Below, piece by piece: positions 39,790-51,550 of a stretch of DNA of 64,000 nt. A program made the position numbers and the translations under genes. Below the pieces are notes generated by a model, which had not been told where the DNA came from, made no database searches, and was given only the letters and a program-made list of their open reading frames with translations. Origin of the DNA: Felis catus. Its lineage: Eukaryota. The number at the start of each line of letters is the position of its first letter. Within the stretch, counting starts at the first letter, position 1. Location of the stretch: the NCBI RefSeq assembly GCF_018350175.1, contig NC_058369.1:26228001-26292000 (forward strand), written 5' to 3'.

Positions 39790-40170
39790 AGAATGGACAT
39801 GTGAGTAGATGCAGAGGAGTAGATGGACGCATGAATTGATGCCTATATATGCTTAGGTGATTAAAAGTGCAGGATGGATGGATGGGAGGTTGCCTGGAGA
39901 ATGCAGGGATGGAAGGTGGATGGATGGGTGGATGCAGGATAGATGGATATATTGGTGTATGATTCAGAGATGCAGGGTGGTTGGATGGATGTCTGCATGA
40001 AGCAGGGATGGAGGTTGAACGAATGGGTAGATGCGGGGTAGGTGGATGCACGGATAGATATATGCACGTATGAGTCAGAGATGCAAGATAGGTGGATGGG
40101 TGGCAGAATGGGTAGAGCAGGTGGATGGGTGGAGGATGCAAGATGGATAGATACATGGGGGCAAGATAAA
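39790..40170 (+). repeat. degenerate (GGAT/GGATG)n purine-rich low-complexity tract
   Basis: Repeated ggatggatgg, gtggatgcag and agagatgca units. Confidence 0.85.
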
Positions 40171-41041
40171 TAGTAGAGCAAAGAAAATGGCTGATGCTGA
40201 GACAGTGTGTTGGACAGCTTGCCATTGGTCTCACCTCTAGGCTTCCACTTCCAGAATGGTCAGGTTCTAGTCATGCTCCAGACGGTTGGTTTAGAGCAGT
40301 TCTGGCTGGATGTTCCCACTTCAGTCAGCACACAGGACTCCATAAAGTCATTTAAGGGGCTTGAACCATTCCCAGGTAGATGAGTGCCAGTGCTAATGTG
40401 AAGACTGTACTCTACTTCAACTCCTGAGGCACGAGGAAGAGGAGGACTGTGTTCCTTCTGCCCGTAGCATGTCTCTGGGTCAGGATTCCGGGTCCAGGAG
40501 ATCTGGCCTGCCCACATTGGCTGCAGCCTTCTCCAGCCCTCCGCAAGGAAGACAAAGATAACATTGAATAATAAGCAAAGGACTATGGAACCCTTCCCAG
40601 AATTTTCTCAGTAGTTTATCTCTTTATTGTTCAAGAGGCTCATCAACCCCAATAGTTTAATTTTTTTTAATAGACCTTGTTCTGCATGTGGATATTATTA
40701 AACAGTTATTTGATATTATCTCCAGCCAGATTGTGTTTTAAGCTTAGCAGAGAATCTCAAGATGAAGTGGCTGTGACCCCATCTCAGGTGTTTTTTACAT
40801 GCTTTGGCTTCGCAGTACTACCCACGTTCCTCCTTAATTACAAAGGAAAAAGCATCATATGACCCTGAGTCAATTACAATGCATACTACATTGTGGGAAT
40901 TTGGAGGACCAGGCCTTAAAACCTTGACAATGCCAATGCTGTAAATTGCTGGACTTTATTTCCTTCACTGTCCCAGAGCCCTGGGGGGCCCAAGGAAACA
41001 AATCATCTCCTGCCTTCTAACTATGGGTCACTTCTCTATAG

Positions 41042-41096
41042 ATCCTGCAAGGCCTTGTTGACGTCCGAATCCCTCATAACAACTTCTACCGAAAGC
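41042..41096 (+). CDS. ABHD6: ABHD6 coding exon 6
   Basis: cttctctatag|ILQGLVDVRIPHNNFYRK(L)|gtaagt, 55 nt. Confidence 0.96.
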
Positions 41097-41182
41097 GTAA
41101 GTAGTGCCGTTTAAGCTTTTTGCTCGTGACAAATGAAGCTTTATGGGTGGCTGGCTCTTCTAGTTTACATTTCTGAGACTTG

Positions 41183-41242
41183 GATAGTTTCCTGGGACCC
41201 TTTGATAGTTTTCTGGGGCCCCTTTGATAGTTTTCTGGGGCC
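41183..41242 (+). repeat. 3 tandem copies of a 21-22 bp unit in the 235-nt ABHD6 intron
   Basis: gatagttt(t)ctgggg(a)cccttt at 41183, 41204 and 41226. Confidence 0.85.
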
Positions 41243-41331
41243 ACAGAAAGTGGTGGCCTGGACTCAATGCCTGTCCCTGAACTCTGCAGTGGGTACCCAG
41301 CGTGTGCTCACTTTGTTTTCCTTTTCTGAAG

Positions 41332-41432
41332 TGTTTTTGGAAATCGTCAGTGAGAAGTCAAGATACTCCCTCCATCAGAACATGGACAAGATCAAGGTCC
41401 CAACGCAGATCATTTGGGGAAAACAAGACCAG
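41332..41432 (+). CDS. ABHD6: ABHD6 coding exon 7 (catalytic Asp278 at 41427-41429)
   Basis: ttttccttttctgaag|(L)FLEIVSEKSRYSLHQNMDKIKVPTQIIWGKQDQ|gtatgt. Confidence 0.96.
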
Positions 41433-44400
41433 GTATGTAGTGTGTCCCTGGGGCCACCTGTGCCAGTTGCACTGGCCTTTGAGGAAAAACAAGAGGTCAT
41501 TTATAAAGTGAGCCTCATCGGCTGGTTTCTGATACCAGCAAAAGATGGAACACGCCTGGGTCAGGTGCTGATATTTATGAGGGATGTCATTCTCTGAGTT
41601 GAGAGCAATGACATTGATCTTTTAAAATGAAAGGCAATTTAAAATCATTTTTACAGATTACTTTTATCAAAGCCATGTAGCCTCATAGTACAAAAAACTT
41701 TATTTATTTTTTTTAATTTTTTTTTTTTAACGTTTATTTATTTTTGAGACAGGGAGAGACAGAGCATGAACAGGGAAGGGTCAGAGAGGGAGACACAGAA
41801 TCTGAAGCAGGCTCCAGGCTCTGAGCTGTCAGCACAGAGCCCGACGCGGGGCTAGAACTCACGGACCGCGAGATCATGGCCTGAGCCGAAGTCGGCCATT
41901 TAACCGACTGAGCCACCCAGGCACCCCTACAAAAGACTTTAAAGAGTACAAAAAGGTAGAGGCACCTGGGTGGCTCAGTCTGTTAAGTGTCCAATTTTGG
42001 TTCAAGTCATGATCTTGTGGTTCAGGACTTCTAGCCCTTCATTGGGCTCTCTACTCTCGGTGTAGAGCCCACTTCGGATCTTCTGTCCCTCTCGCTCTCT
42101 CTGCCTCTCCCCCACGCACACGCGCGTGTTCTCTCTCTCTCAAAAATAAACAAACATTAAAAAAAGAATACCAAAAGGTTTCTGATGAAAATTTGATCTC
42201 TTTTCCATCCCACATTCCAATTCCCATTTCCTTGAGGCAGTTCTTACTGTCTTACATTTATTTCTTAAATTTTCTTAGGCAGATATTGACAGCAGCAAAT
42301 ATTTTTTACTTAGTTGTGACTATCTCTGTCGCGACTACTGAGCTCTGCTGTTGTGCAAAAGCAGCCATAGACAATATGCAGACAAGTGACCTGGCAGAGT
42401 TCCAATGAACCTTTATTTCCAAAAACAGGCAGCGGACTATTATTTACTTACTGCTATGCTAAGCATACATATACATACATAGATAAGTTTTATCTGTAAG
42501 TTGTTCACACATGCTATATGCACTGTTTTGCACATTATTATTTCATATATGTAGGAATTTATGTATCTTGGAAATCATTTCATACCAGCCCACACAGATT
42601 TACTGCTCTATTTTTTAATATATATTTTTTTATTTTCCTGACTTTTATTCATGTATTTAAGTAATAAGTTTTTCTATACACACACAAAAATGATAAGACC
42701 AGTGGTTAAATCCTGCTTTTTTTTCTTAATTTTTTAAAAAGTTTATTTATTTTTGAGAGAGAGAGAGAGAGAACAAAGTGGGGGGGGCGGGTAGGCAGAG
42801 AGAGAGGAAGACAGAGAATTCGAAGCAGGCTCAGTGCTGTCAGCACAAAGTTCAATGTGGGGCCCAAACCCATGAATTGTGAGATCATGACCTGAGCTGA
42901 AATCAGACGCTTAACCGACTGAGCCACCTGGGCTCCCCACATTCAGGAATTTTAACACTGATGCGATGCCTTTGTCTAATCTACCATCCATATTTCAAAT
43001 TCATCAGCTGTTTCAACAAGGTCCTATATGGAATCCTTCTCCTTCTCTTGCTTCCCTGAACTAGGATCTAATCCAGGATCACATATTAAATGTCATGTCT
43101 CTGCAGTCTCCTTTATTATGGACTGATACCCTACTCTGTCATTCATGGCGTTGAGATATTTGAAAAGTATAGGTCAGTTATTTTATTAAATGTTCCTTAA
43201 TTTGACTTTGCTGTTTCCTCATGATTAAACTCAGGTTTTGTATCACCACTGGAATAGCTCATGCATGGTAAGATTTCACATCTCGGACACACAGTGTCCT
43301 TCTGCCCATCCTCATGATGTTAATGTTGATTGCCTGATTAAGTTGTCTCATTTCTTCATTGTAGAGTTACTGTTTCTCTCCTTGCAACTGATAAGGAGTC
43401 TGTTGGAGACACTTTGAAATATCCTGTTCCTCATCAAACATTCCCCCCCCCCCCTGCCTAGATTTACCATCTGTGAATGATTCTTGCCCCAAGCAAAGTT
43501 TACATTCTTCTTCTTTTTTTTTAATGTTTGTTTGTTTTTGAGAGAGAGAGAGAGAGAGAGAGAGAATGCGCAGGAAAGGGGCAGCGAGATGGAGACAGAG
43601 TATCTGAAGCAGGCTCTGTGCTGTCAGGGCAGAGCCCACTGTGGGGCTCGAACCCACAAGTTGTGAGATTGTGACCTGAGCTGAAGTCAGATACTCAACC
43701 ATCTGAGCCACCTACACACCCCTTTTCTTTTTCTTCTTTAAGTTTATGTATTTATTTTGAGGGAGAGAGTGAGTGGGGGGAAGAGCAGAGAGAGAGATGC
43801 AGAGAAAGAATCCCAAGCAGGCTCTGCCCTGTCGGCACTGAACCCAACACAGGGCTTGATCTTGTGAACGGTGAGATCATGATCTGAGTGGAAATCAAGA
43901 ATCAGACACGTACTGCCTGAGCCACCCAGGTGCCCCTATGTGATTCTTGTAACAGCTGCATAGTACTCCATTTTGTGGCTCTGCCACAGTGTATATAATT
44001 AGTGCCCTACTAATGGTCATTTAGATAATTTCTAGTTTTTTGCTATTAAACAGTACCTCAGTGAACATCAGTACAGGTATGAGTTTGTGGAGTGTGAGAG
44101 CATACGCAAAGTGTGAATTCTTTGGTGTGGACCCACTGGGTCAAAAGGCAAGTGCTTTTTAAAATTTTAATAGGTGTTAGGAGTGCCTGGCTGGATCAGT
44201 CGGTAGAACATGCAACTCTTGAAGTCGGGTGTTGTGAGTTTAAGCCCCACGTTGGGTATACAGCTTACTTAAAAAAAAAATTTTTTTTAATAATAATGTT
44301 TTAATAGGTTTTATTAGATGGCTCTGTATTAGTTTGCTGGGATAGTCATAACAAAGTACCACAAACTGGGTGGCCTAAACAATAGAAATTGACGATCTTA

Positions 44401-47400
44401 GGGTTCTAGAAGCTAGTAGTCCAAGTTCAAGTTGTCAGCAATTTGGTTCCTTCTGGGAGCTGTCAGGGAGAATCTGTACCATGCCTCTTCCCCAGCTTCT
44501 GGTGGATGCTGGCGATCTTTGTGTTCCTTGGCTAATAGATATCTCACCCTGCTGTCAGCCTTCATCCTCACATGGCATTCTCCCTATACCTGTGTGTCTC
44601 TGTGTTTAAATTTTTGTAAGGGGGCCAATCATATTGAGTGAGGGGTCCACCCTGCACCCGTATGACCTCATCTTAACTAATTACATTTGCAACAACCCTA
44701 TTTTCAAATAAAGTCACCTTTTGAAGGATTGGCAGTTGGTACTTCAAGATATGAATTTTGGGGGGGACACAAGCGATAATAGAGCCTCCATACTGATTTA
44801 TGTTTTTTGTTTGCAACTGTTCTTTAGAAATTGTATCTTAACTCAGAGTTCTTCTAAAATGTAAAGGAAGAGGAGGCAATGAGAAATGGAGCCTTTCTTT
44901 TTTTTTTTAATTTTTTTTAATGTTTATTCAGTTTTGAAAGACAGAGAGAGAGCACAAGCAGGGCTGGGGTGGAGAGAGAGGGGGACACAGAATCCGAAGC
45001 AGGCTCCAGGCTCTGAGCTGTCAGCACAGAGCCCGACACGGGGCTCAAACTCATGAATCACGAGATCATGACCTGAGCTGAAGTTGGATGCTCAACCTAT
45101 TGAGTCACCCAGGCGCCCCAGAAATGGAGCCTTTCTAAGGTCAGGATGGTCTCCTGGAAGGAGAAGCCAGGACTGTGTGCCCAGCACATGGGGGGAGGGA
45201 GCGGTGATAGCATCAGTGTGCAGCTATCCCAGATCGGCCAGGTGTGTCAAGGATGTATAGTGCAGGGAGGTGGGCATGGAGAGGAGGGAGGGCTCACGTG
45301 ATCTCTTCTGCAGCGGCCAAAGGACTAAAAGAAGCTTTGTGTACATCTGAGGGGAGAAGCAGGACACAGAGTAGGCCAGCAGGGGCTTATTCAATCAGAA
45401 TCAAGTTAGAACAATGAAGGCCTTTCTTCATTCTAGAAACCCCAAAGGTTATTTGGGGCTCTCAGGGACCAACAAGGGGACAATGCAGAAACCAGGTTGC
45501 TGGGCTTAGACAAAGTCTAGGTTCCAGCCCTGCCTTTGCCCTGTATTGGCCCGTGACCTTGAGCAAGCCATTCAGCCACTCCAAATCCTGTGTTTCTCTT
45601 CTACTAGGGTGAGTGTGGGGCTTAAGTGAATACATATGAGGGTGATCTTTCTCCAGTTACACAAAAATAAGTTGTTTATTACTCATGTCCTTTGCCTGTG
45701 ATAGTTGGCCTCTGGCTAGGGTCCAGAATTTCTTCCAGGACTCTGGAGTCCATTTTGTTCTGAAAAAAGAGCATAACGTTCCATGGGCCTGCTATAAATA
45801 CAATCAGATCTTCTGTGTGTTCTATGGACCATCCCCAGGGCAGAATCCAAATAGCAAAGGCTTTAGGGGCCCTTTATTTCATAGCCTTTTGCTTCCCAAG
45901 CATATGGCTCTTTTCCTGCTCTATCATCAACATTTGGTGTCACTGGCCAGCCCCTTCCAGGCTGAATGCAGTCTCCCTGTTCTTTGGACCCCTGTAGGTT
46001 CCGTAGCTGCTGTACTGTAGACTGCAGGGAGCTATGCACATTGTTGTTTATGTCAGTCATGCCCCCTGGATTTGGCCAGTATACAGCCTGCACAACTAAA
46101 CCTGAGAGGATTTCTGCACAGCAGTTTAAGTATTTCCCCTCTGTGTTCAGTCCCACAGAGTGGGAGGGCCTTGTGGAAATACACAAGGTTTATTACTATT
46201 CATGTCCCTTCATCCTGCTAGCACAGTGCCTGGTATGCAGGAGACCCAGAGTACACAGTGAATGAGTGAGCAAGTTAGAAAGTAAATAGGGGCGCCTGGG
46301 TGACTCAGTTGGTTAAGCATCTGACTCTTGATCTTGACTCAAGTCATGATCTCACAGTTTCGTGGGTTTGAGCTGACAGCACAGAGCCTGCTTGGGATTC
46401 TCCCTCTCTCTCTGCCCCTCCCCTGCTAGCACTCTCCTCTCTCTGGCTCTCTCAAAATAAATAAATAAACTTAAAAAAAAGATGCCTTATTTAAAAAAAG
46501 AAAGTAAATAAACTAGCAAAGGGACAAACCCACTAACTGACTGCCTATGCATTTAAGTCAGCTAACAGATTTATATGGAGCACCTAGTATGTGCCTGACA
46601 CCATATTAGACCCTGGGAATATAGCAGGGACCAAGACAGACAGGATCCCTACCCTCCAGCAGCTTATGGTCTACTTACATTATCATGCCTGACAGGGCTC
46701 AAACTAAGGTTAGATCCTATCTTTATAATTTTTATATTTTATTCATGATGGATCTTTTTGCATTAATGTTTGTTTTAAATACTGCATTAAAATAATCTTC
46801 ATCTTGGGGCACCTGAGTGGCTCAGTTGGTTAAGCATCCAACTCTTGATCTCAGGGTCTTGAGTTCGAGCCCCACGTTGGGCTCCACCCTGGAGCTTACT
46901 TAAAAAAATAATAATCTCCATATTGATGACTGAGTTTTTTGGAGCCTGCTTAGGTTTTGTGCCCAAGGCCAGTGCCTCACTTTCTTCACCCTAATTTTGG
47001 ACTTGGCCTGAAATGGGATGGAGGAAGATTGTTTGACCATCTGTATGAATGTCTTGCCCAAGAAACAGCTGGTGTGGTTCCTGTAGACGTGCATGAGGGT
47101 CCACACAGCTGTTATTGCATGTACCTCTGAGTGACCGTGGAGAATGCTGGATTTGGCCAGCATAACAGGGTCAAAGCTAGAGGCTCATGTGGGTATTTTT
47201 GAGCTCTCTGTAGGATATTCAGTTGGGAGTTTCTACTTTTTCATACTTTGACCAGTTGAGTCCACTTGCATTTCCACAGAATCTGGACTTTATTTCTGCT
47301 CAGACAGGTGCCACGGCAGCCTTACCTGTGAGTGAGGGGAAGACAGCGGTGTCTGATTCCTCTGCAGGGTGCCCCCCTCACTAAGCTCCCCATTAGCTGC

Positions 47401-48714
47401 TCCTATTTGTGGCCCCGGGGGTACTTTGCTGTGCTCTGTGCCTTGGCTGAGGGATGCTTCTCGCTCCACTTCCTGGGTGGAAAATCTTGGTTCTAATGGT
47501 CTGGATTGATGAAAATGAAGCTCAAAAACAGAAGGCACTTGGGGAACCTGGGTGGCTCAGTTGGTTGAGCGTCAACTTTGGCTCAGGTCATGATCTCGCA
47601 GTCTGTGGGTTCAAGCCCTGCATCCGGCTCTGTGCTGACAGCTCAGAGCCTGGAGCCTGCTTCAGATTCTGTGTCTCCCTCTCTCTACCCCTCCCCAGCT
47701 TGCACTCTGTCTCTCTCTTTCAAAAAAAAAAAAAAGTATTAAAAAAAATTTTTTAAGGAAAAAAGAAAACAGTACTTGAGTTTGTTGTGGGTCCTGCTTT
47801 TGTGTTGAGGATGAGGGGAGGGGTCCTCTTGCGTGGGATGAGTCGAAGGTGAAAGCCATGAAAGGAAATGAATGCAAATCTGAGACTACATAGGGTGTTG
47901 GGGAGGAAACACTGGATTGGTGTAAATGGCCAGGTAACCTATGGCACAATGAAATTAAATGCCTTATTGGGAAAGGGTCAGCCCTGGAGAGTGGTGGCTT
48001 TCATATCAGAAGAGCGTTCCCCGTTATTCACAAACTTCAAGGCCTTCAGTCACACAGCTCTGGGGACCCCCAGAAGACCTTCAAAGAGATACTATTCCCC
48101 CATCTTCAGCTTGGGATAATTAGCATTCACCTCTTGCATCTTGTTTATGTGTCTTTCCCACAGCTGGACTGATCATGTCCATCCCTAACATAGCCCCGCA
48201 GACCCCCACTGCTGTCAGATGGAGGCCTGAGCCCCAAGCATGGCTGGGGGAACAGGCCCCTCTTCCCTACCCCATCTCTCCACCATGCACTCCCCACTCC
48301 CTGCGTGCTGTGTCTCAGCACCAAGCCAACTGCCATCTCCTGCCTTTGCCATGATGTGCCCCCCTGTCCCGCATCATCCATGAATCCTCCTCCCTTGTGC
48401 ACTCTCAGCTCCCAGGATGCTCCCCCAACAGAACCCTCTCCTGCTGACCAGTCTGGCTTCCCTACCAGACCAGGCAGGGGCTGTGTGTTTCCACTTTAGT
48501 AATGCTGGCAGTGACACAACTCCTAGCACCAAATTGCAGAAGAAAACGTGAGGCATGCAGTCATATCTGTCAGAGGGCACAAGCCCCGACACCGAAGTGA
48601 CTTGATCCCACAGATCACCCCTGCCAGGCTTCAGGTGGCATTCCGTTCCCCGAAAGCGTGTACTCAGGCATCTGAGTCTTTTCTGTCTGGTTTCCTCTCT
48701 CGTCCTGCCTACAG

Positions 48715-48891
48715 GTGCTCGACGTGTCTGGGGCAGACATGCTGGCCAAGTCGATTGCCAACTGCCAGGTGGAACTTCTGGAAAACTGTGGGCACTCAGT
48801 GGTGATGGAGAGGCCCCGGAAGACAGCCAAGCTCATTGTCGACTTCTTAGCTTCTGTGCACAACACAAGCAACAACAAGAAGCTGGACTGA
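48715..48891 (+). CDS. ABHD6: ABHD6 last coding exon (catalytic His306 at 48793-48795, stop TGA 48889-48891)
   Basis: cctgcctacag|VLDVSGADMLAKSIANCQVELLENCGHSVVMERPRKTAKLIVDFLASVHNTSNNKKLD*. Confidence 0.97.
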   Translation: MLDVSGADMLAKSIANCQVELLENCGHSVVMERPRKTAKLIVDFLASVHNTSNNKKLD

Positions 48892-49850
48892 GGCCCCACG
48901 ACCGCAGCCTGCATTTGGCACTGAGCATCTGCCCCCATCTCCAAAATCTGACGCGGCCACCACTTCTCAGGGATCCTGCCCCAAACGCGGTCAGAGAGCC
49001 AGCGTCCCTGAGGAAGCCAGTCCCCTATCCCCAGTCTCGACAGATCCACAGAGCTTCGGGAGCCACGAGCAGATCTCCAAGATATTTTTCACAATGTAGA
49101 AACTCACATGGAACAAAATTAAGAAAACCCAGCCATGAAATCTACCCAGAAGTCTTCAAGTTCATGTTGCAAAGCGGCTGCCTTGGACCCTAATCACCGA
49201 GACCGTTTTCTTTCAAAACATCCCTCACAGACTGAGACTCGAGGTTTTTCTGTTGCTTCAACATCCTCCCCTGCATGGTCAGTGGCTGTTTTAGGAGCAT
49301 TAGTCTCCATTTGCTGAGCCCCTCTTGTCTATGTCTAGTTTAAGTTTTATGTTAGAGACCCCTATATGAATGCAGTTCGTCAGCTGCAAGATCAGGGAGG
49401 GAAACAGCAAGCTATGAAAAACATTAACATGCGAGGAGGGGTGTGTTTCCACTGCTGCCAGCCCTCCCACCTGCCAGAGCAGTGGGGAACACAGGTGGGT
49501 GGTTTGATGGGCCCCCACATGTCAGCTCCATCACGAGGGAGCCTAGAACAGTCACAGCGTGAAGAGCACCCGGCAGGGTGGGTTTCCTGGGAATAACTTA
49601 TTATTTTTAAAAATAGGACTAATAAAGCAATAATGTTCTAGACATCTGTATCTAAATAATCACACAAAAGCACCTCGTGGGCCTCATGTCTATCTTGCTG
49701 TGCTACTGAAGACCCTTGGGTGTAAAATACTAGTTTGTTAATGAATTCTGTGAATTCTGTGAACAGTAATGTGATTGAAAATAAGTCTAAACAGCTGTAA
49801 AAGTGATCACAATGACATGACATAAATTTAATAAATCTAGATCAGCAACA
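48892..49850 (+). terminator. ABHD6: ABHD6 3'UTR with polyadenylation signals AATAAA at 49621-49626 and 49830-49835
   Basis: About 950 nt with no recognisable repeat after the stop, two canonical hexamers, and GT/T-rich sequence at ~49920-49945. Confidence 0.75.
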
Positions 49851-50562
49851 TGCAGACAGTTTCCATTCCTAAGCTCCTATTTAAGTGCAGTGTTGGCAGA
49901 TTTCGTGTCAATTTTAAAAAGGGTGTTTTGTTTTGTTTGTTTTAAGGCTTATTCTAAGGCATTGGAAAGACTGGTTTGGATGGGTTATTAGTTTTCTTTT
50001 AAGTCTTATTTGCAATTTTTATTCAAAATTTTTTATTGTTCATTTATTTTTGAGAGAGAGAGAAAGAGAACGAGTGGGGGAGGGGAAGAGAGAGAGGGAG
50101 ACACAGAATCCGAAGCAGGCTCCAGGCTCTGAGCTGTCAGCACAGAGCCCGATGCGGGGCTCAAACTCACAGACCACGAGATCATGACCCAAGCCGAAGT
50201 CAGACACCCAACCAACTGAGCCACCCAGGCACCTCTACAATTTTTATTCAGCTGAAATTGTATATCAAAAACAAAAGACAAGAGTCATCAAACTGTTCCT
50301 TGTGACACTTGTTTGTTGCACTTAGGAGCCCTTAAAATCCCTGAAGCTTCATTCTTCTGAATCTATTTACAGAGAGTCTGCAGCCAAGTAGTTCTAGAAA
50401 TAAACTTGAACTTCATAGTTTAAGTTGGAATGCAGGACTTGGTCTGAATATTTTAATTTATTGAGAAGAGTAGAACACAGATCTTAAAAAAAAGAAGATA
50501 TGAAAATGTGATGTGTCAGACCTGTTGGCTGCAGCTAACGGCAGTGTTCAGAGGAAAGTGTT

Positions 50563-51373
50563 CAGAGACTAAGGCAAAAGAGCATGATTTAAGAATTAGA
50601 GAAATCAGGGGCGCCTGGGTGGCTCAGTCGGTTGAGCGTCCGACTTCGGCTCAGGTCACGATTTCACGGTCTGTGAGTTTGAGCCCTGCATCGGGCTCTG
50701 TGCTGACAGCTCAGAGCCTGCAGCCTGCTTCAGATTCTGTGTTTCCCTCTCTCTGCCCCTTTCCCGCTCATGCTCTCTCTCTGTCTCTCAAAAATGAATA
50801 AATGTTAAAAAAATTTTTTTTTAAAGAATTAGAGAAATCAGTGACTCATTAAAAAGAAAAAACATCAGAATCATAGGGGTCCCAGAAGATGAAGAGAGAG
50901 AAAAAGGGGTAGAAGGGTTATGTGAGCAAATCATAGTGGAAAACTTTCCTAACCTGGGGAAGGACACAGACATCAAAATCCAGGAAGCACGGAGGAGTCC
51001 CGTAAGATTCAATAAAAACTGACCATCAACAAGGCATATCATAGTCAAATTCACAAAGTACTCAGGCAAGGAAAGAATCATGAAAGCGGCAAGGGGAAAA
51101 AAAAGTTCTTAAGATACAAGGGAAGAGGTTTGCAGCAGACCTATCCACAGAAACTTGGCAGGCCAGAAAGGAGTGGCAGGATATATTTAATGTGCTAAAT
51201 CGAAAAAATATGCAGCCAAGAATTCTTTATCCAGCAAGGCTGTCATTCAAAATAGAAGGAGAGATTAAAAGTTTCCTAGACAAACAAAAATTAAAGGAGT
51301 TTGTGACCACTAAACCAGCCCTGCAAGAAATTTTAAGGGGGACTTCCTGAGTGGGGGGCAGAAATAAAATCTT
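50563..51373 (+). mobile_element. L1 ORF1 3' half, split by a SINE at 50608-50822
   Basis: RIREISDSLKRKNIRIIGVPEDEEREKG...ENFPNLGK...KEFVTTKPALQEILRGTS* (stop 51348-51350), i.e. ORF1p RRM and CTD, with an internal stop and frameshifts. Confidence 0.9.
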
Positions 51374-51495
51374 GGGGTGCCTGGGTGGCTCAGTCATTTG
51401 AGCATCTGACTCTTGATTTCAGCTCAGGTCATGATCCCAGAGTCATGGGATCAAACCCTGCATCAAGCTCTGTGCTAAGTGTGGAAACTGCTTGA

Positions 51496-51550
<55 letters not shown>

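Larger units (their letters stand above)
8496..49850 (+). other. ABHD6: ABHD6 gene body in window (monoacylglycerol lipase ABHD6); first exon and promoter lie upstream of the window
   Basis: Eight coding exons of 119+157+114+133+158+55+101+177 = 1014 nt join in phase at GT-AG junctions. They give a 337-aa protein MDLDVVNMFVIAGGTLALPILAF...ASVHNTSNNKKLD*, matching recalled mammalian ABHD6. Confidence 0.98.

Noticed and set aside
39704..40234. 176-aa His/Pro/Ser-rich ORF
   Set aside because: Product of the degenerate GGAT low-complexity tract.
15959..48720. CAG|GT at the start of three ABHD6 exons (15962, 29575, 48715) as recursive splice sites
   Set aside because: The bases after GT (GTCT, ACTG, GCTC) are poor donor matches, and CAG|G is the ordinary acceptor consensus.
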